Of a stretch of DNA of 64,000 nucleotides, positions 49,565 through 58,733 are shown one piece after another. Made by a program: the position numbers and the translations under genes. Origin of the DNA: an uncultured Eubacteriales bacterium (GTDB taxonomy: Bacteria; Bacillota; Clostridia; Christensenellales; CAG-917); contig URAF01000003.1 in the NCBI GenBank assembly GCA_900545885.1, positions 42,130 to 106,129 of the forward strand, written 5' to 3'. The notes beneath the pieces were generated by a model. That model did no database searches and was not told the origin of the DNA. It saw only the letters and a list, made by a program, of their open reading frames with translations. The stretch's first letter is position 1, and each line of letters opens with the position of its first letter.

Positions 49565-49641
49565 TGGTGGGGTTGAATAGACTCGAACTATCGACCTCGC
49601 GCTTATCAGGCGCGTGCTCTAACCAACTGAGCTACAACCCC
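49565..49641 (-). tRNA. tRNA-Ile (anticodon GAU), CCA encoded
   Basis: Folded by hand. The acceptor stem is GGGGTTG/CAACCCC and the D stem is GCTC/GAGC. The anticodon stem CGCGC/GCGCG carries loop CTGATAA. The T arm is GATAG-TTCGAGT-CTATT, ending in ACCA. Confidence 0.95.
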
Positions 49642-49662
49642 TTTTGGGTACCCCTGCGGGTG

Positions 49663-49738
49663 TGGTGGAGATGCACGGATTCGAACCGAGGACCTCTTGA
49701 ATGCAAATCAAGCGCTCTACCAACTGAGCTACACCCCC
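49663..49738 (-). tRNA. tRNA-Ala (anticodon UGC), CCA encoded
   Basis: Folded by hand. The acceptor stem GGGGGTG/CATCTCC has the G3:U70 pair diagnostic of tRNA-Ala. The anticodon stem CTTGA/TCAAG carries loop TTTGCAT. The T loop is TTCGAAT, with one U-U mismatch in the T stem. Confidence 0.95.
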
Positions 49739-49754
49739 AAGTGAATGCTAAAAA

Positions 49755-49783
49755 ATAATAGCATTGACGTCGCCTTTTGTCAA
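49755..49783 (-). promoter_or_regulatory. Candidate promoter of the tRNA-Ala/tRNA-Ile operon
   Basis: Minus strand reads TTGACA - 17 nt - TATTAT, ending 16 nt before the tRNA-Ala 5' end. Confidence 0.5.
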
Positions 49784-49817
49784 ACGATTTTCGCAATTTG
49801 AAAAACAGAAATCAATA

Positions 49818-49846
49818 TTGATTATTTTGCGGTTATGTTTTATAAT
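49818..49846 (+). promoter_or_regulatory. Candidate promoter of the rubrerythrin gene
   Basis: TTGATT - 17 nt - TATAAT, 30 nt upstream of ATG 49876 (AAGGAGG RBS). Confidence 0.5.
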
Positions 49847-49875
49847 AGCCTCAACCCAATTCAAGGAGGTTCACA

Positions 49876-50400
49876 ATGGAACTCAAAGGCTCTAAAACCG
49901 AAAAAAATCTTATGGCGGCTTTCGCAGGTGAAAGTCAGGCTCGCAACAAATATACCTATTACGCAAGCAAAGCCAAAAAAGACGGATACGAACAGATTGC
50001 GGCAATCTTCACCGAAACCGCAGACAACGAAAAAGAACACGCAAAACTGTGGTTCAAAGAATTTCACGGCATCGGCGACACCGTCGAAAACCTGATTGAC
50101 GCTGCGGCAGGCGAACATGCTGAATGGACCGACATGTACAACTGGATGGCAGACGAAGCGGACGCCGAAGGTTTCCACACCATAGCCGCAAAAATGCGCG
50201 GAGTCGCCGCCATCGAAAAAGAACACGAAGAAAGATATCTGCGTCTTGCACAGGCCATCAAGGAAGGCAAAGTCTTCAAGGAAGACGGCGTGGTCGCATG
50301 GAAGTGCCGCAACTGCGGACACATTCACTTCGGAACGGAAGCTCCCGAGGTCTGCCCTGTCTGCGCACACCCCAGAGCGTTTTTCGAAGTCAGAAAGTAA
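49876..50400 (+). CDS. rbr: Rubrerythrin
   Basis: 174 aa. It starts TEKNLMAAFAGESQARNKY and has ferritin-like ExxH pairs (NEKEHAKLW, IEKEHEERY). The C-terminus is a rubredoxin module CRNCG...CPVCAHP. Confidence 0.9.
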   Translation: MELKGSKTEKNLMAAFAGESQARNKYTYYASKAKKDGYEQIAAIFTETADNEKEHAKLWFKEFHGIGDTVENLIDAAAGEHAEWTDMYNWMADEADAEGFHTIAAKMRGVAAIEKEHEERYLRLAQAIKEGKVFKEDGVVAWKCRNCGHIHFGTEAPEVCPVCAHPRAFFEVRK

Positions 50401-50417
50401 TACATACACCGCAAATC

Positions 50418-50447
50418 AAAAAGCAGGGTAATGCCCTGCTTTTTTTG
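50418..50447 (+). terminator. Rho-independent terminator of rbr
   Basis: AAAAAGCAGGG-TAATG-CCCTGCTTTTTTT. The flanking A-tract means it may also serve the convergent minus-strand genes. Confidence 0.7.
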
Positions 50448-50539
50448 CGCTTATTTTTTTGTCCCATCGCGTTGGATTATTTGAATTCTCTAATCATAAA
50501 AGCACGCTTGTTGTTCTTGCGGCTTTGTCGGACGGCTTT

Positions 50540-50761
50540 TCACTCCGTGTCGCTGTCGTCGGCGGGACGGGCGGACAGTTTGACGACTTCTCCGCTTTCA
50601 TTCTTGACATAAGTATTGTCGAGTTGCGCGCGCAGATTGCCCACCACGCTGTCGATATATTCTTTGCGAAGTTTTGCCTGTTCGGCTTTTTCTTCTTCTG
50701 TAAGTCCTTCGGTTTTTGCCTTTTTCGCAAGTTCGTTTATTCTTTCGATATTGATTGCCAT
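50540..50761 (-). CDS. DUF896 / UPF0291-family small protein (YnzC-like)
   Basis: 73 aa. The sequence is MAINIERINELAKKAKTEGLTEEEKAEQAKLRKEYIDSVVGNLRAQL, a family-typical helical hairpin. An AAGGAG RBS is present. Confidence 0.7.
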   Translation of the reverse strand: MAINIERINELAKKAKTEGLTEEEKAEQAKLRKEYIDSVVGNLRAQLDNTYVKNESGEVVKLSARPADDSDTE

Positions 50762-50779
50762 TTTGCTCCTTTTCGCGCT

Positions 50780-51460
50780 TTAAGTGCGCCAATCTATCGG
50801 TTTAAGTCCGTGTTCGGTCAAAAACTTGTTCGTTTTCACAAAGTGTCCGCACCCGAAAAATCCGTTGTAAGCGGAAAGCGGTGACGGGTGTGCGCATTCG
50901 AGCACAAGGTGCTGCGGCTCGGTTATAAGTGTTTTTTTTGAGCGTGCGTTGCCGCCCCAAAGCAAGAACACGACGGGTTCTTGTCTGCGGTTAAGACAGC
51001 GTATGACTTCGTCGGTGACTTTCTCCCAGCCTTTGCCTTTATGCGAGTTAGCCTGCCCTGCCCGCACCGTCAGAACAGCATTGAGCATAAGCACACCTTG
51101 TTTTGCCCAGGGAACGAGATAGGGCGAAGTGTTGGATATGCCCGTTTCGTCCTTTATTTCCTTGAAGATGTTGACGAGGGACGGCGGCGTTTCTTTGTCG
51201 GGTTTGACGGAGAAACAGAGCCCGTGTGCCTGCCCTTCTCCGTGGTAAGGGTCCTGCCCTATAATCACGACTTTGACGTCTTCGTACGGCGTGTATTTCA
51301 ACGCGTTGAAGATGTCGTGCATATCAGGATAAATCCTGTAATGCGAATACTCCGATTTCAGAAATTCGCGGAGTGCCGCATAGTCCGACGACGCGAAAAC
51401 GTCGTGCAAAAGTTCGTCCCATGAGTTGCCGATGTGTACCATATCAATATTATAACACAT
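50780..51460 (-). CDS. ung: Uracil-DNA glycosylase
   Basis: 226 aa. It has the catalytic motif [22 protein letters not shown] and the C-terminal HPSPLSA. The start could alternatively be ATG 51442. Confidence 0.85.
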   Translation of the reverse strand: MCYNIDMVHIGNSWDELLHDVFASSDYAALREFLKSEYSHYRIYPDMHDIFNALKYTPYEDVKVVIIGQDPYHGEGQAHGLCFSVKPDKETPPSLVNIFKEIKDETGISNTSPYLVPWAKQGVLMLNAVLTVRAGQANSHKGKGWEKVTDEVIRCLNRRQEPVVFLLWGGNARSKKTLITEPQHLVLECAHPSPLSAYNGFFGCGHFVKTNKFLTEHGLKPIDWRT

Positions 51461-51560
51461 TTTCCGTTCGCGACAAGTATAAAAGCCGCGGAGAAAGTCA
51501 TACTAAAAGCAAAGGGCATACGCCCTTAAAATCAGGGCGAACGCCCGAAAAGGAGTGAAT

Positions 51561-51704
51561 ATGGAAAACACCAAATCCAGAGCAAACGACAAAATGTCCG
51601 ACGCAAGCGAAAGCAATGCCAGAGCGAATGCAAAACAAGCGAAAGGTTCTGCAAACGCATCCAAAGGCGCAAGCAATGCGAAAGGCTGCAAAAACTGCAA
51701 GTAA
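51561..51704 (+). CDS. Small (47 aa) Lys/Ala/Asn/Ser-rich protein ending in CKNCK (hypothetical, not in the ORF track)
   Basis: Hand translation is MENTKSRANDKMSDASESNARANAKQAKGSANASKGASNAKGCKNCK. An AAAGGAG RBS lies 5 nt upstream and a strong terminator lies 17 nt downstream. Confidence 0.4.
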   Translation: MENTKSRANDKMSDASESNARANAKQAKGSANASKGASNAKGCKNCK

Positions 51705-51720
51705 GCGTTTGCCGCTCGAA

Positions 51721-51756
51721 GAAAATCCATCGGTTGCCCGATGGATTTTCTTTTTG
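51721..51756 (+). terminator. Rho-independent terminator after the small ORF
   Basis: GAAAATCCATCG-GTTGCC-CGATGGATTTTC (12-bp stem) followed by TTTTTGCG. Confidence 0.65.
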
Positions 51757-51811
51757 CGTTATTTCAACGTTTTGTTAGTTTTAGGGTTTCTATCTATTGC
51801 TCCGAACAACG

Positions 51812-53815
51812 TCAGTCTGCGGAGTCGAGAGCGTCGAGACGGATTTGTTTTTTCTCTTCCTTGCTGAGTTTCTTGCCGGCACCGACGGGTTTGCTGTCGC
51901 CGTGGCGGACAAACATCATGAGTACTATTGCCAACACCACGAACAACGCGCTGTAAACGAACAGTCCGCGGTTGGAGATGTGGTCCATGACAAGTCCGGC
52001 AAAAGCGGGAGTTATCGCCTGCGCGGACATTGTCGCCACGTAATAGTAACCTGTGTACTGACCGACCGTGGCTTCCGTCGAGAGTTCGACGACCATGGGG
52101 AAGGTGTTGACGTTTGCGATAATGAGTCCGAAGCCCGCTATCAGATAGAACAGCGCAAACAGGACGGACGGCACAATCGGGTTGTTGCTGGAACGTACAA
52201 ATCCGAATATGAGCAGGAAGGAAATGACCGCCATGCCGAAGCCTATCATAATCGTCTTACGTCTGCCGATTTTGGCTGCAAGGTAGCCGACGGGAATAAA
52301 CGCTATTGCGCTGATACCCATACTGACGCCCGAGATAATCGACGCGACGCCTGCGGACAGGTTGAGTTCTTTGGTCGTGTAGATGGAAAGGTTTGACGAC
52401 ACCGCGTTGTAGCCCATGAACCACATGAATATTGAGGCAAGAATGAGCAGGAAACTGCGGAGTTTTGCTTTTTCTTCCGTGGTCTTGGAATTCCACCATT
52501 CTTTCGGAGAACGGATTTTTGCGGTTTTTGCTTTTGCAAATGCAAGCGTTTCTTCCGAGATTGCGGGCTTTTCTTCCGCCGCGTCAACGTTCTCGGAATA
52601 CGCGGTATTCGCCGTCATATCCGTGTCGCAATCCACAATGCTCTCGTCTGCCGATACGGCGATGGCTTTTGTTTCTTCCTCGTCGTCTAGCAGTCCGTAT
52701 TCTTCGCATATCTTGTGGCATTTCTCGACCATCTTGCGTTCGCGAACCAAAGCAAGGAAGCCCGCAAGCAACAGCAGCATACCCGCCGCCACCGACGAGA
52801 ATATGATGACGTAGTTTTCGAGGCGTTCGCCGAACAGTACGACCGTATAAATGAGGAAGGCTATTGCGCCGCCTATGCCGCCGCACAGGTTGATAACGGC
52901 GTTAGCCTGCGAACGGAGCGGCTTGGGCGTAACGTCGGGCATAAGCGCAACCGCAGGCGAACGGAACGTACCCATTGCGATAAGAACGAGCAACAGTATC
53001 ACCATGTAAACCGCAAGGCTGCCCATGCCTGACACCTGCGTGACGTCCTCGTAAATTCTGTCGCTTATGTAGTTGTTCATGCCCGAAGCGACGAACTTCT
53101 CGTACTCTTCGTTGCCCGCCTTGATTTCGGCGTATGTCTTGCCCGACACGGGTTCTACGTCTTCAAGCGAAACTTCCACTCCGTTGTAGAAATAGCTTTC
53201 CTCGCCGAGCATGTTGAGAATTGCCTTTTTGGAAGTGAAATTCGCGTCGTATCGTATGGTGTAATACTCTTCCTCACTGATTCCGTTTTTGGAAAGATAA
53301 TCCTTGTCGCAGTAGTTCTTATTGTTGCTCGCCCAGAACTCTTCGAGTCTTGCGGTCATGAAAACGTCGTCGTTGAGTTGTGCCTCTATGCTTGCGGTAA
53401 GCGCGTCGGCTTTCTTCTGCTGATTGAGCGTTGAAATCGGCACGAAAATCATAAGTACGACGGACGCGATTGTACCGATGACGATGAACGGCGTACGTCT
53501 GCCGAACTTTTTGACGAGTTTTCCGTTGGATTTGTCGGAGAGTTTGCCGAAAAGCGGCAACATAAACAGCGAAAGCAGGTTGTCGAGACCCATAATAAGT
53601 CCGCGCAACGAGTTGGGCAAGCCGTATGCGTGTTCGAGCAGAAGCGGAACGACGAAGTCGTAAGCCGTCCAGAACAGCATTATGATTGCGAAAGCAAAAC
53701 CGACTTTGAATGTCTGACCGTAGTCAAGTTTCAACGGTTTTTTCGCAACCGTTCCGTCTTCGGCGACGTTTTCGACGTCAACCGACACGTCTTCGGCGGC
53801 GTGTTTTTTTCTCAT
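51812..53815 (-). CDS. MFS-type transporter with two large soluble insertions
   Basis: 667 aa. It has MFS-like TM bundles and the motif GKLSDKSNGKLVKKFGRRTPF. An insert of about 150 aa follows the early helices and the central loop is about 100 aa and acidic. An AAGGAGGAG RBS is present. Confidence 0.7.
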   Translation of the reverse strand: MRKKHAAEDVSVDVENVAEDGTVAKKPLKLDYGQTFKVGFAFAIIMLFWTAYDFVVPLLLEHAYGLPNSLRGLIMGLDNLLSLFMLPLFGKLSDKSNGKLVKKFGRRTPFIVIGTIASVVLMIFVPISTLNQQKKADALTASIEAQLNDDVFMTARLEEFWASNNKNYCDKDYLSKNGISEEEYYTIRYDANFTSKKAILNMLGEESYFYNGVEVSLEDVEPVSGKTYAEIKAGNEEYEKFVASGMNNYISDRIYEDVTQVSGMGSLAVYMVILLLVLIAMGTFRSPAVALMPDVTPKPLRSQANAVINLCGGIGGAIAFLIYTVVLFGERLENYVIIFSSVAAGMLLLLAGFLALVRERKMVEKCHKICEEYGLLDDEEETKAIAVSADESIVDCDTDMTANTAYSENVDAAEEKPAISEETLAFAKAKTAKIRSPKEWWNSKTTEEKAKLRSFLLILASIFMWFMGYNAVSSNLSIYTTKELNLSAGVASIISGVSMGISAIAFIPVGYLAAKIGRRKTIMIGFGMAVISFLLIFGFVRSSNNPIVPSVLFALFYLIAGFGLIIANVNTFPMVVELSTEATVGQYTGYYYVATMSAQAITPAFAGLVMDHISNRGLFVYSALFVVLAIVLMMFVRHGDSKPVGAGKKLSKEEKKQIRLDALDSAD

Positions 53816-53871
53816 ATACTCCTCCTTACCTTAAAGAACGCCGAGTGCGTCCGTGCAAATAACTATAAGTA

Positions 53872-53901
53872 TTATACAATGCGCACGCGCGTCGTGTAAA
53901 G
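53872..53901 (-). promoter_or_regulatory. Candidate promoter of the MFS gene
   Basis: Minus strand reads TTTACA - 18 nt - TATAAT. Confidence 0.35.
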
Positions 53902-54023
53902 AGCGATTTTCCTTGCAAATGTAATTTTTATGTAAATTCGACGCCCGTCAAGGCAGTGTTAGGCACTTATCGAACACTCGTTTAACGCCCGATATCTTTT
54001 GCAAATTCTGCCCGATATAGCAA

Positions 54024-54047
54024 AATTCCGACCGTGTGGTCGGAATT
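54024..54047 (-). terminator. Terminator-like hairpin downstream of the glycogen/GH13 operon
   Basis: AATTCCGACC-GTGT-GGTCGGAATT, followed on the minus strand by TTTGC. Confidence 0.5.
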
Positions 54048-54189
54048 TTCGAGTTGTTTCAAAACACTTATGATTGTCTTCGGAAAGCCCTTTCGGATTG
54101 TTCTACACTTTCAGATTATTCTCCGCTTTTGGGCTGTATACTTGAATTTCCTGAGCTTTACCCCATACGGTCTTTCGGAGAAGTTTTGC

Positions 54190-55995
54190 TTACAGTTCGA
54201 TAACGCAAGCCGAAAGCGGAGGTATTGTAAGCACGTCGACAGGCGCGCCCGTGAATGCGTCGCGTGCGTCGACGTCGCGCACGACGGCATGGAAGCAGGG
54301 ATTGTACAAGGTGCGCACGCGATGTTTACCGTCGTCAGAAATTCTGTCGTAGACGGTGAGTTCGCTGTCGTCGACAAAACGTATTCTGCCCGCGAAGGCT
54401 TCCTTATGCCTTGCGCGAAGGTTGCCGAGCGCGCGGTAATGTCCCAGCAAATCGTCGTTTTCTCGGCCCCAAGGATAAGTCGCGCGATTGAGCGGGTCCT
54501 CAAACCCCTGCACTCCCGCTTCGTCGCCGTAGAATACGCACGGCATACCGGGCAAAGTGTATTGAAGTATCGCCGCGGCTTTGAGTCGCAGTACGGCAAA
54601 CGCGTAATACTCGTCGGACAGTCGGAAATCGCGGCGTTCGGCTTTGGAGTAAGGCGCGTCGACGCCCGACAGAGCCGTAAGCGCGCGCACGGTGTCGTGA
54701 GAGCCCAGCAATGTCATACAGACGTCCAGACTTTGTTTGGGATAATGTTCCGCAATGAGCGTTATCTGTTCGCGGAACCCTTCTCTGTCTCCTCTCATGA
54801 TAAGGTCGAATATCGCGCGCTTGAACGGATAGTTCATAACGCCGTCGAGTTCTCTGCCCATGAAATAAGGTCGCCATGTGCCGTAACTCACTTTATCCGA
54901 CGCGTCTTCCCAGACTTCGCCGATAATCAATCCGTCCTTGCGGGCGGACTTTATCTTTGCGCACAGCAAATCGGTGAAATCGGTGGGCAATTCGTCGACG
55001 ACGTCAAGTCGCCAGCCGCGGACGCCCGCTTTCGTCCACTTGTCGATAACTCCGTCCTTGCCGCAAACGAGATTGCGGTATCCTTCCGCCGACTTGTTGA
55101 CGGTAGGCACGACGGTAGACCCCCACCAGCAATGGTAATCTTCGGGATGATCGTAGAAGTAATACCAGTTGTAATACGGAGAATTTTTGCTTTGATAGGC
55201 GCCCTTTTCGGGGTAAGTGCCGAACTTGTTGAAATAAACGCTGTCCGCGCCAGTATGGTTGAACACCCCGTCGAGAACAACGCTTATACCTTTCGCCGCG
55301 GCTTTCTTGCACAGTTCGGCAAAGGACTTTTCGTCGCCGAACAATTCGTCTATTTTGAGATAGTCCGCCGTATCGTAACGGTGGTTGCTGGCAGAGGAAA
55401 AAACGGGAGAAAGATAGATGACGGTTACTCCCAGCCCCGCAAGATAATCCAGTTTGGAAATTATGCCCTGCGCGTTGCCGCCGTAAAAGTCGTCGGCACG
55501 GTAATCTTCGCCTTCAACCGCGATGTCGGGAACTTCGTACCAATCGGAATGCAACCTGCCTTTCTTTTTGAAAACGGGCTTGCCTTCTCTTGCGAAACGG
55601 TCTGCAAAAATCTGATATATAACACCGCTTTTTGCCCAATTAGGGGTTTTATAGTCACATTCCGTGACGGTCAACTGCCATTCGGGCAACCATTCGCCCG
55701 CCACCGCGTCGCCGCCGCTCGCTCGTCCGTAATATGTCGTCGTGCCTTTTGAAACGCTTTCGAAACGGTAGTACCACAGTCCCGATTCGTGTACGGTAAC
55801 ACTGCCCTCGAAGACTGCGTTGTCGCCGTCAAAGCGGCAAAACGGCAGTTCGGCTCTGCGGTGCTCGCCGCCTTTGCGCACGATTACGTAAACTTTTTCC
55901 GCGCCGTAAGACGCGGGCAAAGCAAACGTGAACGTGGTCGGCTGTCCGACCACGGACGCTCCGTAAGGTTGTTTGTCGACGAGGGGATTGAACAT
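54190..55995 (-). CDS. GH13 alpha-amylase-family enzyme (neopullulanase / cyclomaltodextrinase-like)
   Basis: 601 aa from ATG 55995 (AAGGAGAAG RBS). The GH13 conserved regions are VLDGVFNHTG, GWRLDVVDEL, IGEVWED and LLGSHD. No signal peptide is present. Confidence 0.85.
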   Translation of the reverse strand: MFNPLVDKQPYGASVVGQPTTFTFALPASYGAEKVYVIVRKGGEHRRAELPFCRFDGDNAVFEGSVTVHESGLWYYRFESVSKGTTTYYGRASGGDAVAGEWLPEWQLTVTECDYKTPNWAKSGVIYQIFADRFAREGKPVFKKKGRLHSDWYEVPDIAVEGEDYRADDFYGGNAQGIISKLDYLAGLGVTVIYLSPVFSSASNHRYDTADYLKIDELFGDEKSFAELCKKAAAKGISVVLDGVFNHTGADSVYFNKFGTYPEKGAYQSKNSPYYNWYYFYDHPEDYHCWWGSTVVPTVNKSAEGYRNLVCGKDGVIDKWTKAGVRGWRLDVVDELPTDFTDLLCAKIKSARKDGLIIGEVWEDASDKVSYGTWRPYFMGRELDGVMNYPFKRAIFDLIMRGDREGFREQITLIAEHYPKQSLDVCMTLLGSHDTVRALTALSGVDAPYSKAERRDFRLSDEYYAFAVLRLKAAAILQYTLPGMPCVFYGDEAGVQGFEDPLNRATYPWGRENDDLLGHYRALGNLRARHKEAFAGRIRFVDDSELTVYDRISDDGKHRVRTLYNPCFHAVVRDVDARDAFTGAPVDVLTIPPLSACVIEL

Positions 55996-56145
55996 GGTTT
56001 CTTCTCCTTGCGCGGCTGCGCTTTCCTTCGTGAGTGCAAAGTTCTTAGTCGGTGCTTTGCAGGTTGGTTGCTTTCGAATTGACTTGTCGGTTCTTCGACG
56101 GTTTGCAGAACTTCGGCAAGTCGAGGATTTTAATTCGCTTATCAA

Positions 56146-56168
56146 AGACGCGGCATTGAGCCGCGTCT
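56146..56168 (-). terminator. Hairpin after glgP (weak or partial terminator)
   Basis: AGACGCGGC-TCAAT-GCCGCGTCT is followed only by TTGAT, so it is probably leaky. Confidence 0.3.
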
Positions 56169-56179
56169 AAGATTTTGTT

Positions 56180-58609
56180 TTACTTGATTACGGACAGTCC
56201 CCAGATTCTGTCTGCGTATTCTTTGACCGCGCGGTCTGCGGCAAAGAAACCCGCTTTGGCTATGTTGACAAGGGACATTCTGTTCCACTTCTCCATGTCG
56301 CGGTAAGTTGCGTCCACTCTCTCCTGTGCCGCTCTGTACGACTCGAAGTCGGCAAGCACCATATATCCGTCAGGCGCGCCGCCTCTGCCTATTGTAAGGC
56401 TGTCGGCAATCTCCGAGAAGTTTACGCCGCCGAGTCCGTGACGCAGAGTGTCGATGAGGCGTTTGATTCGCGGGTTGGTCTGGTAGTAGTGAGTGGGATT
56501 GTAACCGTTACGCCACATTTCCTGCACTTCGTTTGCAAGCAGACCGAAGAGGAAAATGTTTTCGTCGCCGACTTCCTCGTGAATTTCGACGTTCGCGCCG
56601 TCCATCGTACCGATTGTAAGCGCGCCGTTTATCATGAACTTCATGTTGCCCGTACCGCTGGCTTCCTTGCCCGCTATGGAAATCTGTTCGCTGACTTCCG
56701 CCGCCGGCATAATGATTTCGGCAAGACTTACGCGATAGTTTTCGAGGAACACGACTTTGATTTTGCCTTTGATGTCGGGGTCGTTGTTGACGACGTTGCC
56801 CAGCGTGCAGATAAAGCGGATTATCTGTTTTGCCATATAGTACGCCGACGCCGCTTTTGCTCCGAATATGAACGTGCGCGGAACGATGTCGAGGTCGGGG
56901 TTTTCTTTAAGACGGAAATAGAGGTCGAGAATGTGCAGCGCGTTAAGAAGCTGACGCTTGTACTCGTGCAGACGTTTGACCTGAACGTCGAAAATGGAGT
57001 CGGGGCTCACGTCCACGTTGTTGTGCTCTTTGATGTAAGCCGCAAGTTTAACCTTGTTGTTGCGTTTGATTTCGGCAAGTTTTTTGAGCACGTTCTTGTC
57101 GCCCATATAGCGCAGCAAATCCTGCAACTTGTCCGCATCTTTGAGCCAGCCGTCGCCGATGAGGTCGGTAACCAGTGCGGCGAGTTCGGGGTTGGCTTCC
57201 GCAACCCAGCGGCGGTGCGTAATGCCGTTTGTCACGTTTGTGAACTTCTCAGGGTGCATACGGTAGTAGTCCGCAAACACGTCGTGTTTCAGAATGTCGG
57301 AGTGCAACGCGCTGACGCCGTTGATTGTGTGCGACGTGGCAAGGCACAGGTTCGCCATCTTAATCTGATTGTCGGCGAGAATTGCGTTGTGTTGCACGGC
57401 GCCCCAGTTGGAAGGATAGAACTGCCAGAGTTCGTTGCAGAAACGCTGGTTGATTTCGTGCACAATCTGATAAATTCTGGGAAGCAGTCCGCTGAACAAA
57501 TCCTGCGGCCATTTTTCGAGCGCTTCCGCCATAACGGTGTGGTTGGTGTACGAAATGCAGTTGGTGGTGATGTCCCATGCCTTTTCCCAGCTCATTCCGT
57601 ATTCGTCGAGCAGAATGCGCATGAGTTCGGGAATGCACAGCGTCGGGTGCGTATCGTTGATGTGAATTGCGACGCAGTCCGCAAGGTTGTCAAGACTGGG
57701 ATTGACTTTGAGGTGACGTTTGATGATGCTTTGAATGGACGCCGAGACAAAGAAGTACTGTTGTTTGAGGCGCAGGGATTTGCCTTCGATGTGGTCGTCG
57801 GCGGGATACAGAACCTTGGAGATGGACTCCGCCATGGCTTTTGCCGACATTGCCTTGACGTACTCGCCGCGCGAGAACATCGTCATATCGAAGTCGACGG
57901 GGGCTTTTGAAGACCAGAGTCTGATGCGGTTGACCGCGCTGCTGTCATAGCCCGAAATGTTCATGTCGTAAGGCACGGCAAGCACCGTTGTGTAATCGCG
58001 TTGACGGACGGTGAGTTTGCCGTTCTCCCACGTTTCGTCGACTGCTCCGCCGAACTTGACTTCGTAGGTTTCTTCCATACGGGGCGAAAGCCAGACATTG
58101 CCCATTTTGAGCCAGTCGTCGGGCTGTTCGAGCTGCCAGCCGTCCACGATTACCTGCTTGAAAATGCCGTAATCGTACATGATGGAAAATCCGCTTGCGG
58201 CGTAACCTTCCGAAGTGAGTGCGTCCATATACGCCGCGGCAAGTCTTCCGAGACCGCCGTTGCCGAGACCCGCGTCGGGTTCGAAGGCGTAAAGTTCGTC
58301 CATATCCATGCCGAGTTCCTTGACGGCTTTGGTGACCTGCTCCGTAATGCCCATATTGAAAAGATGGTTACGGAGAGACCTGCCGAGCAGGAATTCCATG
58401 GACATATAGTAAACCTGCTTTGCGTTCTGCTCTCTGACCTTCTTTTTGAAGTTGATACGCGTCTGCGTAAGCAGGTCGCGCACGCACATACACGTGGCGC
58501 GGTAAATCTGCGCTTTGCTGGCGTCCTCGGGTTTTACGCCGAAAAAGTTTGCCAACAGGGAAATAACTTGGTTTTTGAATTCTTTGGCTGTAACGTTGAA
58601 TGCTGACAT
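56180..58609 (-). CDS. glgP: Glycogen/maltodextrin phosphorylase (GT35)
   Basis: 809 aa. The PLP-lysine region is EASGTGNMKFMINGALTIGTMDGANVEI. Confidence 0.95.
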   Translation of the reverse strand: MSAFNVTAKEFKNQVISLLANFFGVKPEDASKAQIYRATCMCVRDLLTQTRINFKKKVREQNAKQVYYMSMEFLLGRSLRNHLFNMGITEQVTKAVKELGMDMDELYAFEPDAGLGNGGLGRLAAAYMDALTSEGYAASGFSIMYDYGIFKQVIVDGWQLEQPDDWLKMGNVWLSPRMEETYEVKFGGAVDETWENGKLTVRQRDYTTVLAVPYDMNISGYDSSAVNRIRLWSSKAPVDFDMTMFSRGEYVKAMSAKAMAESISKVLYPADDHIEGKSLRLKQQYFFVSASIQSIIKRHLKVNPSLDNLADCVAIHINDTHPTLCIPELMRILLDEYGMSWEKAWDITTNCISYTNHTVMAEALEKWPQDLFSGLLPRIYQIVHEINQRFCNELWQFYPSNWGAVQHNAILADNQIKMANLCLATSHTINGVSALHSDILKHDVFADYYRMHPEKFTNVTNGITHRRWVAEANPELAALVTDLIGDGWLKDADKLQDLLRYMGDKNVLKKLAEIKRNNKVKLAAYIKEHNNVDVSPDSIFDVQVKRLHEYKRQLLNALHILDLYFRLKENPDLDIVPRTFIFGAKAASAYYMAKQIIRFICTLGNVVNNDPDIKGKIKVVFLENYRVSLAEIIMPAAEVSEQISIAGKEASGTGNMKFMINGALTIGTMDGANVEIHEEVGDENIFLFGLLANEVQEMWRNGYNPTHYYQTNPRIKRLIDTLRHGLGGVNFSEIADSLTIGRGGAPDGYMVLADFESYRAAQERVDATYRDMEKWNRMSLVNIAKAGFFAADRAVKEYADRIWGLSVIK

Positions 58610-58733
58610 TTTTCCTTCTTTTCCCTTCCGTTTCCCCCGTCGGAAGAAATGTTCTATTTTGCTTTATGCCGCCTTGCGGCGGCGGTATATCACCCGCCCT
58701 TTCGGGGCAGGACTCTTCTCCGCCCGAAAAAGG

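Noticed and set aside
51503-51730. A 75-aa hydrophobic minus-strand ORF (MDFLRAANAYLQFLQPFALLAPL...).
   Set aside because: It has no RBS and its ATG lies inside the stem of the plus-strand terminator hairpin. Its A/L/F-rich composition is the mirror of the K/A/N/S-rich plus-strand ORF, which has a strong RBS and a terminator. I still give the plus-strand ORF only moderate confidence.
58610-58733. Structured GC-rich spacer between glgA and glgP (GCCGCC-GCAA-GGCGGC and GCCC-CGAAA-GGGC hairpins), considered as a terminator or riboswitch.
   Set aside because: The hairpins lack U-tracts and are small, and I recognise no riboswitch consensus. The region is most simply an intra-operon spacer or RNA-processing site. 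It is not supportable as a distinct feature without an Rfam scan.
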